This document shows positions 12,633 to 25,675 of a DNA stretch of 64,000 nucleotides, piece after piece; within the stretch, counting starts at the first letter, position 1; each line of letters starts with the position of its first letter. Origin of the DNA: Camelus ferus (Eukaryota); NCBI RefSeq assembly GCF_009834535.1, contig NC_045696.1, forward strand, positions 17,734,001-17,798,000. The letters are read 5' to 3'. The position numbers were made by a program, and so were the translations under genes. The notes beneath the pieces are model-generated. The model searched no databases. It saw only the letters and a list, made by a program, of their open reading frames with translations, and was not told the origin of the DNA.

Positions 12633-13862
12633 GATCTCTGTAACTCTGGGACTCGTGTCCACCTGACATGATGTTCATTCCATGGGTACTTGTTTCAGGG
12701 GAAGAGCCATACAAGAACATGTCTTGGTTAATTACATAAAATTCTATAAGCACAAAGACTGCAAATGCATACACTAAGTAATTAACCAGAGAGAATTTTG
12801 AAATAGATACAATTTGAAAGCCAATGATAAAGGTACTCTTCTGGTAGTCCAAGGAAAAACTACACACACATAAACAAACTATAAACCTCATCAGGAGACT
12901 CTCTAGCGTTACTTCCTAGATTCATGATTTGCTCTTTTCTCCCTGATTTCTAAGAGTCTTATTCTTCAATCATTCCAAGGCATAGTTCCGAGTTTCCCTT
13001 GAAAACGTATTCACTGCTGCAGGAATTGTCCTTACTTTATAATTCACTCTTTCCTGCTACCAAGATTCCAGAGATTGGAGAAAAAAAAAAAACAAAAACT
13101 TCACAACAGTAAATCTTAGGAGGAAGGACTATAGTCAACAGTAGAACCATGTAGGACTTTTTAGCCTTTCTATTCTTCCTGGAGTAATTTTTGGACCCAG
13201 TGTACGTGTCCACATGTGCATACACACACACACATGCACACCCAAAAGCAAATTTTTTTAAAAATGTATTAATATGAATCACCATGATAGAAGTACTCTA
13301 ATTTCATACAAGGAAATAATATTTTTATTAACTATTACAAAAAGTTCCCAGATTTCCTTAGCTTTAAGATAATATTATTTTTACCTTTTTTTTTTCCTGA
13401 TTCCCAACAACATGAAAAGTCACTTATAATTCATAAGAAATGCAACCCCTTTTAAAACGGCTTACTAGACTACAACATTTCTGCTGGGCCTCACTTAATT
13501 CTGCAGAGACTTGCAGAAGCTTTGACATGGTTATGTGGTTTTTTACTGTTGGGCAGGTCAAAATCTCAGGAAAGTCAGTTCTCACTGACCTCCCAAAGTG
13601 AATAAAAGGCACAATATGGGTTTATTAAATCCTTTTTTTCAAAGAGCAAATTCCCTGGATGGGGAAGTTAATGTTTCAGGTAACAAGGGTTGATGGTAAT
13701 ACTTAACTGTATAATTATATCGCTGAGAAAAAAGAGTCAGTGGAAGCAACCTCTCACACTGGCAATACTGTTGAGTTAAAGGGCTATGTCAGAAGAAGCA
13801 GTGTATTAAGGAATCTTAAGCCTCGTCTCTTGACAAGTTGACCGCATTAGTAAACATACTAC

Positions 13863-14045
13863 TGGGTAGCTCCAGTGGTTAGAATGAAAGTTGGTCATGG
13901 TAAGACCTTGGATTTAGTACTCGCCAAGCTGCCCCTCTGTAACCAACCAGATGTTCTAATGTTTGCTTTGCTGCTACCAGGGGGTTTGGTTCAAAATTAA
14001 TAAAGTCTCTCATTGCATCAGCAAAAGCAAATTAATTTTCATGTT
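13863..14045 (+). mobile_element. Possible ancient tRNA-headed SINE (MamSINE1-like)
   Basis: A-box-like head GGTAGCTCCAGTGGTTAGA. The body only loosely resembles the recalled MamSINE1 consensus. Confidence 0.35.
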
Positions 14046-15589
14046 CAAAGGCCAGTGTGGGAGAGGAACTGCTCACTCAAATGTGTTACAATATTAGTTG
14101 CCCAATTAGAAGGAAAATACTTTGCCTCATACTGTATAATGCTCATTTCCTTTCCCTATGAACTATTTATGTCAGTCATCCAAGGCTGAACTTTATGTTT
14201 GAAGGATTTGTTTATATAAAGATGAAACACATTTTTTTTAAAAAAACAACAAAACATTCTTTTAAAATAACGTTTTGGGCATTGGTGTAGCTGTGACCAT
14301 GATTACTTAATGAACTTTTCATTCTAGCCATCAAAAAGTCATCTGTGGTCAATGTTATATAAAGTACAGCAGAAGAGTGCAAATTACCTCCTGAAGTGAT
14401 TTGCTAACCTAGGGGAATTTAACTCTAAAATTAAAAAAAAAAAATATCCTGTATGATTAGATATTAATTCTTGATTCTGACAATGTGTAAGGAATAGTTA
14501 GCAAATTGCTTATCTAATTTGATACAATTAATCAGTACAATAAATCAGAATAAGGATTTTGCATGGCTGAAAGTCTTCTTTTTGCCGTCTACCTTTGTCA
14601 AGTTTACATGGTCAGTGCATTCTCCTTAGAATCATTGCAGTAAGTGGGCAGCTCTAGAAGGAATCCAGTGGTGATTGCTTGATCCAAGATTAGAAAATGT
14701 CATTTTTTTCAAAATCTCTCCATATACTGCTGTGTTTATCTTCCCACTGAAACAAATTGACATCAAGAACATTTTGAAAGAAGACTTAACTTGCAATATT
14801 TGTTAGCTGCATGTTTATTTCAATACATCTGTTATATTATTGTTAAAGAAAATCAAATTTATTGAAATTGGCACACTATTTTCAAAACTACAGATGATCA
14901 AAATTACACATACATTCTCCAGTTATGAATGGAGCTTATTTTAGAAACAAATTCACAGCCCATTATGGTTTGTAGCCTTTTAATGTTGTTTACCGAAACA
15001 ATAAAACACTGTTTCATATAATCAATTAAGAAAAACCAGTGTTTACATGGTTGGACAAACTGGAAGAAGGTTCATTATAATCTTGTTCGTAATTACAATT
15101 GAGAAATATGAAAGATTGGTGAGATGAATTTCTCATGAAGGCTGTTTAGATAATGAAATTTGCCAGCATACATGGCATTTCCTTACAAAATCAGAAATTT
15201 ATCACATGGAGGGGAGATAAAGCACAAAGTCTAAGTGAATCATAGTGGAAAGTAAAATTTAAGTGTAAAGTAGAAAAAAACTCCTACACATCAACATTGG
15301 ATTTTGGATTTGATATTGTTTACTGCAGTTTTAAGATGAAAATTGCCTCCAACAAAATGCACTTGGAAGTTGGTGTCCGAAATTGTGCAAAACCAATCTC
15401 ATTAGTACCTTTATCAAGTTTAAATTCTTATTGTGCAAAAAAAATTAGGAAAATCTTTATAAAACACCATTTTCTGTGCCATAATAGAGACAAAGCCAAA
15501 ATATTAAAAACTTTAAGTATTAAACTTTAATACTATAAACTATAGTATTTTATGAGCACATAATTAAGAATAATATATTCTGAATTATA

Positions 15590-16010
15590 AATAAGAAATA
15601 TCTTCTTTCCACTTTGCTTTTCATTAACTTTTCAAATACATCCTGGAGGTCATGGTTAAGTAGTATATAGAGATATTTCTACTCCACTTGTTAGCTGCAC
15701 AGTAGTCCCATGTGTGTATTTGCCATAATTTAATAATCAGTTCCCTTTCTATTAACATTAAAGTTATTTCTAGTCTTTCGCTTTAACAATCAGTGCTTCA
15801 GTGAATAGTCTGGTGATAGTTTCCTAGAAGTGTGATCACTGGATCAAAGGGAAAAAGCATATGTAATTTTGCCAAATATCACCAAATTCCTGGAATAGGG
15901 ATCGAATCATCTCACATTCCTGCTAGTAAATGTATAAAAAAGCATTTCTCCTTCAGCCTCATCAAGGGTGTGTGTTGCAAACTTTTGGAGTGTTGCCAAT
16001 GCAATAGGTA
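15590..16010 (-). mobile_element. Old L1M (L1MC/L1ME) fragment
   Basis: TTCCTAGAAGTGTGATCACTGGATCAAAGGG and TTGCCAATGCAATAGGT motifs. Confidence 0.75.
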
Positions 16011-17550
16011 AACAACAACAACAACAACAAATTTTAAATGCCAGCTATCTGTTTTGTCCATGACTGTTTACTCCATATCCCCATTCTGTAAATCCGTGTG
16101 TTTTTCTAAAAGTCACACCTTTAGTACTTTATGCATTTTTCTTGCTATACAACTTTTGTCTTTTTTTTTTTTTTTAACAGAATAAAGCAACAAAAGATAT
16201 ACTATTTATTTCTTTTTTCATCAGAGTCTGAGAAAATTAAGTCAGGCAGACATGGATACTTAACATAAACACAGACCATGTCTGCCTATTTTAAATTAAA
16301 AAAGAGTTACAGATGCAAATGGTGGTCTTCAAGGAGCAGTATTTTGAAATAAGGACCATATGGTTGTTTCTTTCCTACAAGAAATATGCAGATTTAAATG
16401 CAAGCGGCGCTGCTGTATCTCCACTCAAATACTTCTGAGGATATATATGCAACTTTGGGGTGTGATCAGCACTTTGAAAATATTTTGTTATCTTACACGT
16501 CAACAGGAGCCATAGATAATTCAAGTCATTTTCAAGCTTTTATTCCAAATGATGACTTTAGAAGCTCTTTAGAACCACTTTTTTATTCCTGTTACATAAT
16601 TTAGAACAGTGGTTTTTCTCCCTAGCATGCGATTGGTTGGTGAAGAAATTGCTATTTTCTTTTGAGTTGGTAATACAAATTCTTACTGCCAAGAAACCCA
16701 TTTCTCTTAGAACCAGAGATCCTGATTGCTTTCTAACAACTGAAGTATATGAAATAAATGGTGGTATTGTATTTACACTGTATATAGGGCAAATAGAGCT
16801 TTACCCAGAGTGGTCGTAAAGTCTTAACTCAGTGCTTCCAATAGATCAGTGTTGTTTTCCTGCGGGTCTACTGTAATTCAAAATGTGCTGAGAACATGAG
16901 GCAGATTTTTATTGGAGGCTCTTTGCTCTCTTTCTCCATTATAAGAGTCTGTAACTTCCCAAGTTTTTTGTTATAGGCTCTGCTTGGGGGAGAATCCACA
17001 GAAGATATTCTGCTCTTTTGTCAAAAAGCTAATGCTGGGAACTAAAATCTCCATTTTCAGTATGGCTTTATTTTCATTCTAAAAGGAGGGCAAAAACAAA
17101 TAAACTACTTGATTTCATCAACATAAGGATTCATCATTGTTTGTCTACTGAATGCCAGCTGTTTTACATGTATTGTTTCTGTTTCACAAAATAGTGTAAT
17201 ATAAATATTATTGCACATTTTATAGAAAAAAATGAAAGTTTGAAAAGCAAAGTAACTCACTCCTCCACACACTGCTATTTGGTCTGTGGACTCCAAACAG
17301 AGTTCCCAAAATTTGGTTACTTCACGTGGTGATGCCTTCCTGTGAAGTTATAATCTGATTCTTCAACATTTTTATATTTGTTTGCCAGGGAGATAGAAAT
17401 AGAAGGTTTCTTCATGTGTGTGGAATTTCACTGTAACCATGGAATTTATTAATTGTTCTCTAAGATTGCATTTGCATAACAGAAAGTAATTTTGTTAACA
17501 GGAAATAAAAAGTTTCTACTCTTGTAGGCATAAAATATTATATTGTTTAT

Positions 17551-17880
17551 TCATAGTGTTAAAATTCATAGGCCCTGGAGTGAAGCTGCTTGTGTTCAAA
17601 TCCTCTTAAATCAGATGTTAGTTATGTAATCTTGGGTAAATTATTTCGTCTTTCCATGCTTCAATTTCTACATTTATTAGATTAGCATAATAATATTATA
17701 TAACTCATTAGGTTGTGATAAAGACTAGTATATATGTATATGTGCTCATGTACTTGCATATAGAAATATGTTCTCACACACATCCACACTGACATATATA
17801 TACACTATTTAGATACATACCTACACATCATAGGACAGAAATTAGCCCATAATAACTGATCTGCTTCATAAATGTTAATT
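17551..17880 (+). mobile_element. MIR SINE split by a TA/CA-rich tract
   Basis: GGCCCTGGAG...GTTCAAATCC...ATCTTGGGTAAATTATT...GGTTGTGA. Confidence 0.75.
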
Positions 17881-19038
17881 ATAATCATTTCTAAAAACAA
17901 AAACCTTTATTAAAATATTTTCTACTACAGAGATTTTCCAATCAACTGACTGGCAATTAGTTGCCTCTGCTCACATGTACAGAGAAAACTCTTCTTGACG
18001 ATGGCTGGTTCAAGGTTTTATTATGCCCTCTGGACAGCCCTTAGCAAAACTGTGAAGTAGACAAAGGTTGAACTTAGTTCATTCACTCTCCAATCTCATA
18101 ACCTTTTTTCCCTATATTTTTATGCCCATCTTTCAAGAATATTTTTTTTTCTGATCTGCTTTTCCTATGTATTTACACCTTTATTCACAGTAAAGAGACT
18201 GAAAGCTCAACACTCTTAGAGGTGCATTTAAATTAGAACAGTGGACCATAGGAAAGGCAGTGATAATTACAAAGATATAAATATATCACTCCAGAGTTTG
18301 AGGGATTTTGGAGCAAAGTTTTTAGAGAATTCATCCTTTGTAGTACCTCTGAAATCACAGTGGATAAATATGCATTTCACATCTGTAAGACTAGCCCTGT
18401 TTACCACACATATGCTACTTTGGTCCCAAGTTTATCCTCAATTAACTGAATAGATTGGCTTCCAAGACATTGAATGAATTTTTCTAGGTACTTTTCTCAA
18501 TGCATTTCCCAGTTCTAAACAAATATAACTGGTAATGCCCTTCTCCTGAGTCTCGGCACTATTCAGTCCTGGAGTCCACTCCAGCTTTTTTACTGAATAG
18601 ATATCTAGGACGCCTCTGTGGTCAGCAGGAGACCTGAGACTTAGCTCAAGACAGTGTAGCCAGGTCAGGGCCACTTGAATTGTCCCTCAAGTCTCCTGAC
18701 TCTCCCATTTTTTCCTACAGCAGTCAGAGATATCCATGTGAAACATCAGAGGTGTATGGGGAACAGACAAAGGGGCTATGGGGAAATGGAAAATTGCAGA
18801 AGTAGAGTGAATGGAAAATCACTGAAAATGATTTGTCAGTGTCAATGAAGACAAAGTATATTTTGCAGTCAGTAGCATTGCATTTTCTTGCTCAAAGTTT
18901 CAGCACAGGGGTTGGGGTCACCTATGGGGTCACCTAGTGCAGGCAGAGTCCAGGCTAAAGTTTGGCTGAGTCCCTTAGCATAGTGTTGGGTCAGTCCTTG
19001 GTGCCATGTGAGAGTTCACAGACATTCACCATTCCCAT

Positions 19039-19533
19039 TGTTGACTGAAATAAACGCACAGCCTCAAAGTGGAGAGTTATGCTTTTTTTGGCCGACATTT
19101 CTGAGGACTCGAACTCCTTCAAGCCCGGGGTGATAGCCTCTAAGATCGCTCTGAGGGACTGCTCCCAAGAGGTACGGGAGGAGCTAGGACATACAGGAGC
19201 TTTACAACAAAGACCAGGTAGTTGGAACATTAAGATTACTTATCAACTAAAGAAAACCAGGCATCTCAAGTTAAAGAATTTAGCGCTTTTCTATGTATGG
19301 GAGAAGCAAACATTTGGGCTCATTGAATTCATTCCTTTGACAAGCGCCTAGCTGTCTAGGGCCAGTGACCTGTCCTTTCTTATTCTGAGTCCCCTCAAGG
19401 TGCACCATTGTGAGTGGCTGCAGAGGCAGGGCTGCAGGCTTGTCTTCACTGAGGGGGGGTGGCAGCCCCTGATGACTTGATGGTTTCAGCATTCTTTGTT
19501 TACTGATGTGGCTTGCAGTGTTTTTCGTTCACA
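19039..19533 (-). mobile_element. MER41-like cetartiodactyl ERV1 solo LTR, relatively young, inserted in an L2
   Basis: Termini TGTTGAC...TTCACA. The minus strand reads TGTGAACGAAAAA...CATACATAGAAAAGCGCTAAATTC...CAGTCAACA, as in the MER41_BT-type consensus. CpG-rich, with a degenerate 4-bp TSD CCAT/CCGC. Confidence 0.85.
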
Positions 19534-19537
19534 CCGC

Positions 19538-19720
19538 TATGACTTGAAAAGCTTTATGTAATTTATTGCTCCACCTTGCTGACCTCATCTGCTGTCGCTC
19601 CTCTTTTTCACTCTACTCTAACCACACTTGCCTCCTTGCTATTTGTCAAATTTGCCAAAAACACAGATTCCTCAAGGCCTTTGGATTGTTGGTCCCATGG
19701 TCAGCCATATTATCAGCCAT
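19538..19720 (+). mobile_element. L2 fragment (continues L2 pieces at ~18510-18750)
   Basis: CTCTAACCACACTTGCCTCCTTGCTATT...CCTCAAGGCCTTTG. Confidence 0.65.
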
Positions 19721-19744
19721 CCATATGACATGCGGAATAATTAG

Positions 19745-19887
19745 ACTAAAAATGGGCAGAGGACCTTAACAGATATTTTTTTCCAAAGAAGACATGCAAA
19801 AAACCAACATGTATGTAAAAAATGCTCAACATCACTAAACAGCAGGGAAATACACACCAAACCACAATGAAATATCGCCTCACACCT
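19745..19887 (+). mobile_element. LINE-1 ORF2 fragment
   Basis: AAATGGGCAGAGGACCTTAACAGA encodes KWAEDLNR; AAATGCTCAACATCACTAA and ACCACAATGAAATATC follow. Confidence 0.85.
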
Positions 19888-19899
19888 TTTAGTGCAGCT

Positions 19900-20750
19900 T
19901 ATTTGTAAATGGGAATGGACAACCAATAACTACCAAACATGAAAATCTTTCAGACAACAGACAATGGTTAAAATAAACAGATAGATAAAAGAAACTCCAA
20001 AGGAAGAAAGACCATATAAGATGACAGAAATTTTAAGAACATATATATATTTTTTGCTTGGCCATGAATATTTTAATTTTTGTTTCTTTTTTATGATGAC
20101 ATATCATTTTCAAGTTTATTTCCTTTTTTTTTTTTTTTTAAATACAAAGCTAAACCACAAAGAGGAAAAACCAAGACATTGTATTTCACATTTAGCACTC
20201 CCATCGGATCCTTCTCCAATTCGCTGACCACTGACCAGGCAAGTGTGGGGTGAGGGAAAGAGTTTCTTAGGTAGCTCTGTCTTGAGGCCAGAGTTGGGGG
20301 CCATCAGAGTTGAGGACTGGTTCTAACCTGGGAACAGGGGGCGTCGGGAGACCCCAGGTCATGGCTCCAGGGCTCCAAAGAGCCCCGGGCCCCTGAGCTA
20401 CAGGTTAATGGAAAGTGGGACTGAGTTCCCCTTCAGGGGGAGGCTGCCTAATCCTCCTCCTGTCACAGTCAAGGTGAAAACTTTACCCTTAGTGAGAAAT
20501 TTCAAGAATATAACCAGTATCATCATAAATATGAAATAAAAATTGGAATTTAGAGAATCAGAAAGAATGTTTGGGAAAATAAGAACAGCAAGAACAACAA
20601 AACAATAATAAAAAGACAGAGTCGGAGAAATCCCCAGAAAGTGGATCAAAAAAAAAAAAATTAAAGAGATGAAATATAAATAAATAAGTTGTGTAATTAG
20701 TGGATTCAGGCAGGCAGTCCAGTCTGATGATTAGGAGCTCAAACAGAGAG
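19900..20750 (+). mobile_element. HAL1/L1M ORF1-region fragment interrupted by a retrocopy
   Basis: A-rich ORF1-like sequence on both sides of 20044-20494. Confidence 0.5.
20044..20494 (-). pseudogene. 5'-truncated processed retrocopy containing only an mRNA 3' UTR (parent gene not identified)
   Basis: On the minus strand: GC-rich UTR-like body, AATAAA (20115-20120), ATTAAA (20072-20077) 16 nt before an A/AT tail. Flanked by an 18-bp direct repeat with 2 mismatches: AGAAATTTTAAGAACATA (20026-20043) and AGAAATTTCAAGAATATA (20495-20512). Confidence 0.75.
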
Positions 20751-21289
20751 GGTGTTCTCTTCTCAACTAATGGTGCCCTTTCCACTCTCTTGACTCTTCT
20801 TGACTGAACTAAGTTGTACAGCACGATGCCAATCAGGGTTGAGGTTCCCTGGATACATAGCAGCATAGCAAGTCCAGCTGTGCCCCTCACGTCCTTTTCC
20901 AGGGGTCAGGAACTCTGCCAATACACATGCTGTATATTTGTACAGTATTTCTGGAACTGAATGTATTTGTAACACATTCTTAAGAATAAATTTAGAATAA
21001 GGAATTTAATCACTCCAAATCTTGGCATAAATAGTTCCTCCCCCCTAAATTAAGAGTTTAAGAATGAAAGCCACTAGTTTCTGGGTTTTCATATCTTGCT
21101 TGTGTTAAGATTTTAAAAACCAGAGCAAGACCAACAATACCAAGAACTATTTTACTGTAATTTTCCAATGATTCTAGTCAAAGAGGAGGGAAAATGTTAA
21201 TTTTCAAAAATTTAATAAGCCATAATAAATAGTGACACTGTTAAAATGGTGGCTTTCAAAATCTCAGGCACAGGAAGGACTAAATGCAT

Positions 21290-21410
21290 CATGTAAGTAG
21301 ACTGAAATGAATGGTATACTCTGGACTCAGACAGATTTGGATTACAAATGTTTTTGTTAGAGTATTTAATCTAGCTTAGATTTAGTTTCTTCATTTAAAA
21401 CAACGGATAA
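21290..21410 (+). mobile_element. MIR fragment
   Basis: ACTCTGGACTCAGACAGATTTGGATTACAAAT...AGTTTCTTCATTT. Confidence 0.55.
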
Positions 21411-23089
21411 AAAAATTCTACAGTCTTGACATACCACATTCAATAAAAAAGTCTACAAATTTTTGCTATGCAAATAGAATAAGCAACCTATTATTTGACA
21501 TGTTTAATATATAGATATAAATAAATATGATAATCTTTTTTAAAGTCTTGATAAAATAAAACCATAGCAAATCATCACATTAATATAACATCATTTTTAA
21601 AAAATAATCCCTGCAAGAGACTTTTTTTCAATTATTGTCAGTTCTTTCTAAAAAGGCTAGACCATCTTTTAGGTATTAATCTCTCTCAACAACTAACTTG
21701 ACAGCATGGTGCTGAGTATTTATATCATCGAGAGCTATTATTTTTTTTAATAAGCTTGTTTTTATATTGCATTTTTTTCCTCTGAAAAGGATACATTTGC
21801 TTTTGTCCTGTATATATAATGAAATAGGCAATAGTGGAAATAATCTGACTCCAGTGATGGTAAAACAGGAATTATATCCAGCTCATGCCCTGCCCGCACA
21901 TCCAGTGAACTATCTTTCTCTACGACCAAATGTGGGTCTTAACTTTGAATGCAGACCTTAGGCAATTATTAATCTTTAGTGACAGGAAAACCCAAGCCCA
22001 ATCTTTTTCTGTGTTCCCTCATTATTCCTATTCACAAATGAAAATTTAATTCCTGTTTGGCATTTTGTGCAGTCAACTGATAGGTTATTAATTAGAAAGT
22101 GGTTACTAATTCCTGGGAATGATATTTTAATAATGTTTAATCTCTTTTCCACATTCTAGCATGTTTCATAATGAAGTCTCTCTTTTTTCCCTCGCTTTTA
22201 TTTTATTTACAAACAAATCCAGCAGTGCAAGCTGTAATTCTGAGTTGGCTAATGTTTCTGATTCAGACATTGCTCATAATCAACATTGACTTTTCAGAAA
22301 AAAAATTGAGGGAAGAAACTCAATTTTACTTCAAATACCAGCTGCAATCTTGAGCCTACAGTCATAAGCCTTACTTGGTGTTTAATCCGTTTACAATTTC
22401 TGAGTGATCCTTTAAACTTTTGGTAATTGATTTTGAAGGATTTTCAGGTCGAAATTGCTTTGAGTATCACAAGATACATGGTTTCTTCGGTAGAGTTACG
22501 TTCCAAGAGTCTTCACAACAAGAATCTATGGCTTTGTGGACCCGATATATATGGCAAGACATTGAGGCAGCTCATTGCTAAGCATTTGATAACTTGTTTC
22601 TGTTAAGGAGTATGTCAGAAATATTAGAGTTGTGCCATTTTACTATTTTCTTCCGTGAGTTGGAGGGACTCAGAGTCAAATGTTCCTTGGCTAGTGTCCC
22701 TTCTCACATTTATATTCCAAAGTTACCCACTCTTGTGTCTCTCTTATGTTATATTTTCTGAGTAATGAAACAGGGCCAAGCAGAGATAATCTCTGATTCT
22801 CATCTTTTCTTTGAATAAGAACATTTAAATTTTTCCTTGTTTGATTTATTACACACATAAATAGGCTTATTTATTCAATTGAGGGTGGACATAGGAGAGA
22901 ATCTAAAAAACTGTCTTGGTGCTCATGTATTGGGAGTATGGGATTCTTTAGGACTTTATCATAGCTCTCATGCTGCAGTTGGAATAGATGAATCATATTA
23001 ACCATTGTCTGTGTAGATCTAGATTTCAAGAGAGACACTGGGAGTGGAAATCAAGTTCTCTTTACTTACTCAAAAATATATCTTGATTA

Positions 23090-23929
23090 TAAATGCAAAT
23101 CAAAACTATAATGAGGTATCATCTCACCCCAGTCAGAATAGCCATCATTAAAAATTCCACAAATTGTAAATCCTGGAGAGGGTGTGGAGAAAAAGGAACA
23201 CTCCTACACTGCTGGTGGTAATGTAGTTTGGTGCAGTTATTATGGAAAACAGTTTGGAGAGTCCTCAAAAAAATAAAAATAGACTTACCATATGACCCAG
23301 CAATCCTATTCCTGGGCATATATCCAGAGGGAAACTTAATTCAAAAAGATACATAACCCCAATGCTCATAGCAGCACTATAGACAAGACATGGAAACAAC
23401 TTAAATGTCCATCAACAGATGGCTAGATAAAGAAGCTGTGGTATATTTATACAATGGAATACTACTCAGCCATAAAAGAGAATAAAATAATGCCATTTGC
23501 AGCAACATGGATGGACCTAGAGATCGTCATTCCAAGTGAAGTAAGCCAGAAAGAGAAGGAAAAATACCATATGAGATCACTCATATGTAGAATCTAAGAA
23601 AAGAAAAAAAAAGAAAAAAGAAAACAAAAATGAATTTTCCTATAAAACATAAACAGACTCATAGACATAGTAAACAAACTTATGGTTACTGAGAGCATAA
23701 GGGAGTGGGAAGGGATAAATTGGGAGCTTGAGATTTGCATAAATTAACTACTATATATAAAACAGATAGAAAACAAATTTCTTCTGTATAGCACACATGT
23801 ACTCAAAATCTTGTAGTAATCTATAATGAAAAAGAGTGTGGAAACGAGTATTTGTATGTATATGTATGACTGAAACATTATGCTGTACACCAGAAATTGA
23901 CACATTGTAACTTACTATATGTCAATTTA
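23090..23929 (+). mobile_element. 5'-truncated lineage-specific (camelid-type) LINE-1: ORF2 C-terminus plus 3' UTR
   Basis: Translates [91 protein letters not shown] (23072-23089) / AAAAATGTCTTGATTA (23930-23945). Confidence 0.95.
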
Positions 23930-24092
23930 AAAAATGTCTTGATTAGACACTGGCAAAGTTGTCAAACTCTAGAAGGTTGATGCCCTCAAAATGCTCCCAG
24001 TCATATCAGTGAGAAAGACAATAAATTATTTATTATAAAACATTATAATAACTGTGAAGATATAGAACATGGGGGTAAGAGGTAATCTAGAG

Positions 24093-24524
24093 CAGGTGGG
24101 TTTTAACCTGAAGGATCCATGGACAGAAGTTAGGGTCCTATGGTCTTGAAGGGAAAAACACTCACTGTTATCTTCACTAATCTCTTAAAAATATAATTTC
24201 TGTCAGTTTATTAATACAGACAATAGATCATGGTAGCATTAACAGTGTCTCTCCTTTGTCACCAGCATAAATCACAGACATTGTCACAGCACATAAAATT
24301 TTGAAATATTGGTGCTTATCCCTGTTTTCAAGATCTTTTCATTTCTAGATCTTTTAATTTATCTTAAAGTATTTAAAACATTTTTGGAACTGAATTTGAA
24401 TAAGTTCCTCTGTTAGCCTTTGTATTTTATATCATGTATTGAAAAATCACTCTTAGAAAGGATTTATCAGGTAAACAAGACTGCCAAACAGGTACATGAC
24501 ATGGGAAATAGTCAAGAATTTCTG
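24093..24524 (+). mobile_element. MER113-like hAT-Charlie non-autonomous DNA transposon, near full length
   Basis: Termini CAGGTGGGTTTTAACC...GTCAAGAATTTCTG and internal TTTGTCACCAGCATAAATCACAGAC. 8-bp TSD ATCTAGAG/GCCTAGAG fits the Charlie NTCTAGAN target preference. Confidence 0.85.
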
Positions 24525-24544
24525 GCCTAGAGAGAGCTTTTAAT

Positions 24545-24915
24545 TGGAGAAGAGAAGAAAGCCAAGCGTGAAACTCCCAGGACCACCAAAAATTTAAGGA
24601 AGGGACAAGGAAATGAGAAAAAACTGTTAGAGGGAAAATGAGAAATGAGAAAGGAGATTAACAACCAAGAGAAAAATTCTCCTTTCAAGAGAATTAAAGA
24701 GAAGTTTCAAGAAAGAGGGATTGATCAACAAAATGTGGAGAGAAATCAAGGCGTGTGAAAAGAAGAATGGTTATTAGATTTGGTAATTTACAGAGAGGTG
24801 AGGAAACTGAAGCTCAGAGAACTTATATGAGTTGGCCACAGTTAAGTGGCATTAGATCACAGAGCCCAAACTCTATTTAACGTTTCAGGGTCACACTCTG
24901 TTCCCTAGTCCACAC
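24545..24915 (-). mobile_element. L2 fragment (~24545-24788) followed by a MIR (~24789-24915)
   Basis: GAAGTTTCAAGAAAGAGGGATTGATCAACA (L2) and GAGGAAACTGAAGCTCAGAGA (MIR core). Confidence 0.7.
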
Positions 24916-25124
24916 GGCATCTAGAGGAAAAAAATCGAAGACCTGCTGGGACCAGATTGACTTAGGTTGGTATGCGCCTAAATATATTCTCTTTTCTTGT
25001 TAAGATATAATTGCCTACACACATCAAATTATTTCCTCTTGGAATGACTTGCTTTTATGCAAACAAAGCCTCACTTAAGAGACTGGCATTGTCTTTGATA
25101 ATTGCAGACATTTTTAAAAAATTA

Positions 25125-25675
25125 ATTAATTTTTTATTGACGTTTACAATATTGTGTTAATTTCTGGTATACAGCATAGTTATTCAGCTATACATATGTA
25201 TGTGTATATATATATATATATATATTCCTTTTCATTACAGACTACTACAAGCTACTGACTATAGTTCCCCATGCTATCCAGTAGGAACTTGCTGTTTATC
25301 TGTTTTATATATAGTTGTTTATGTCTGCAAATCTCAAACTCTCAGTGTATCCCTCCAACCCCACCTCTTACCCTCTGGGTGACTATGCATTTGTTTTCTG
25401 TGTCTGTGAGCCTGTTTCTGTTTTATAAATAAGTTCCTTTGTGTCATTTTTTTTAAGATTCTGCATATGTGATATCATATGATAGTATGTTTCTTTCTCT
25501 TTCTGGCTTACTTCACTTAGAATGGCGATCTCCAGTTCCATCCATGTTGCTACAAATGGCATTATTTTATTCAATTTTATGGCTGAGTAGTATTTCATTG
25601 TATAAATACATGACAACTTCTTTATCCAGTCCCCTGTTGAGGGACATTTAGGTTGTTTCCATGTCCTGGCTATTA
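25125..25675 (-). mobile_element. Lineage-specific LINE-1 3' end
   Basis: ORF 25383-25694 reads IARTWKQPKCPSTGDWIKKLSCIYTMKYYSAIK, the L1 ORF2 C-terminus. The 3' UTR and a T-rich tail lie to the left. Confidence 0.93.

Noticed and set aside
18914..18937. Direct repeat GGGGTCACCTA x2 as a nuclear-receptor element
   Set aside because: Atypical 6-bp spacing inside a probable LTR fragment; more simply explained as a short tandem duplication.
22448..22606. Possible plus-strand exon after TTTTCAG with two frames open for ~45-52 codons
   Set aside because: Weak polypyrimidine tract, no convincing in-frame donor, and unrecognised peptides.
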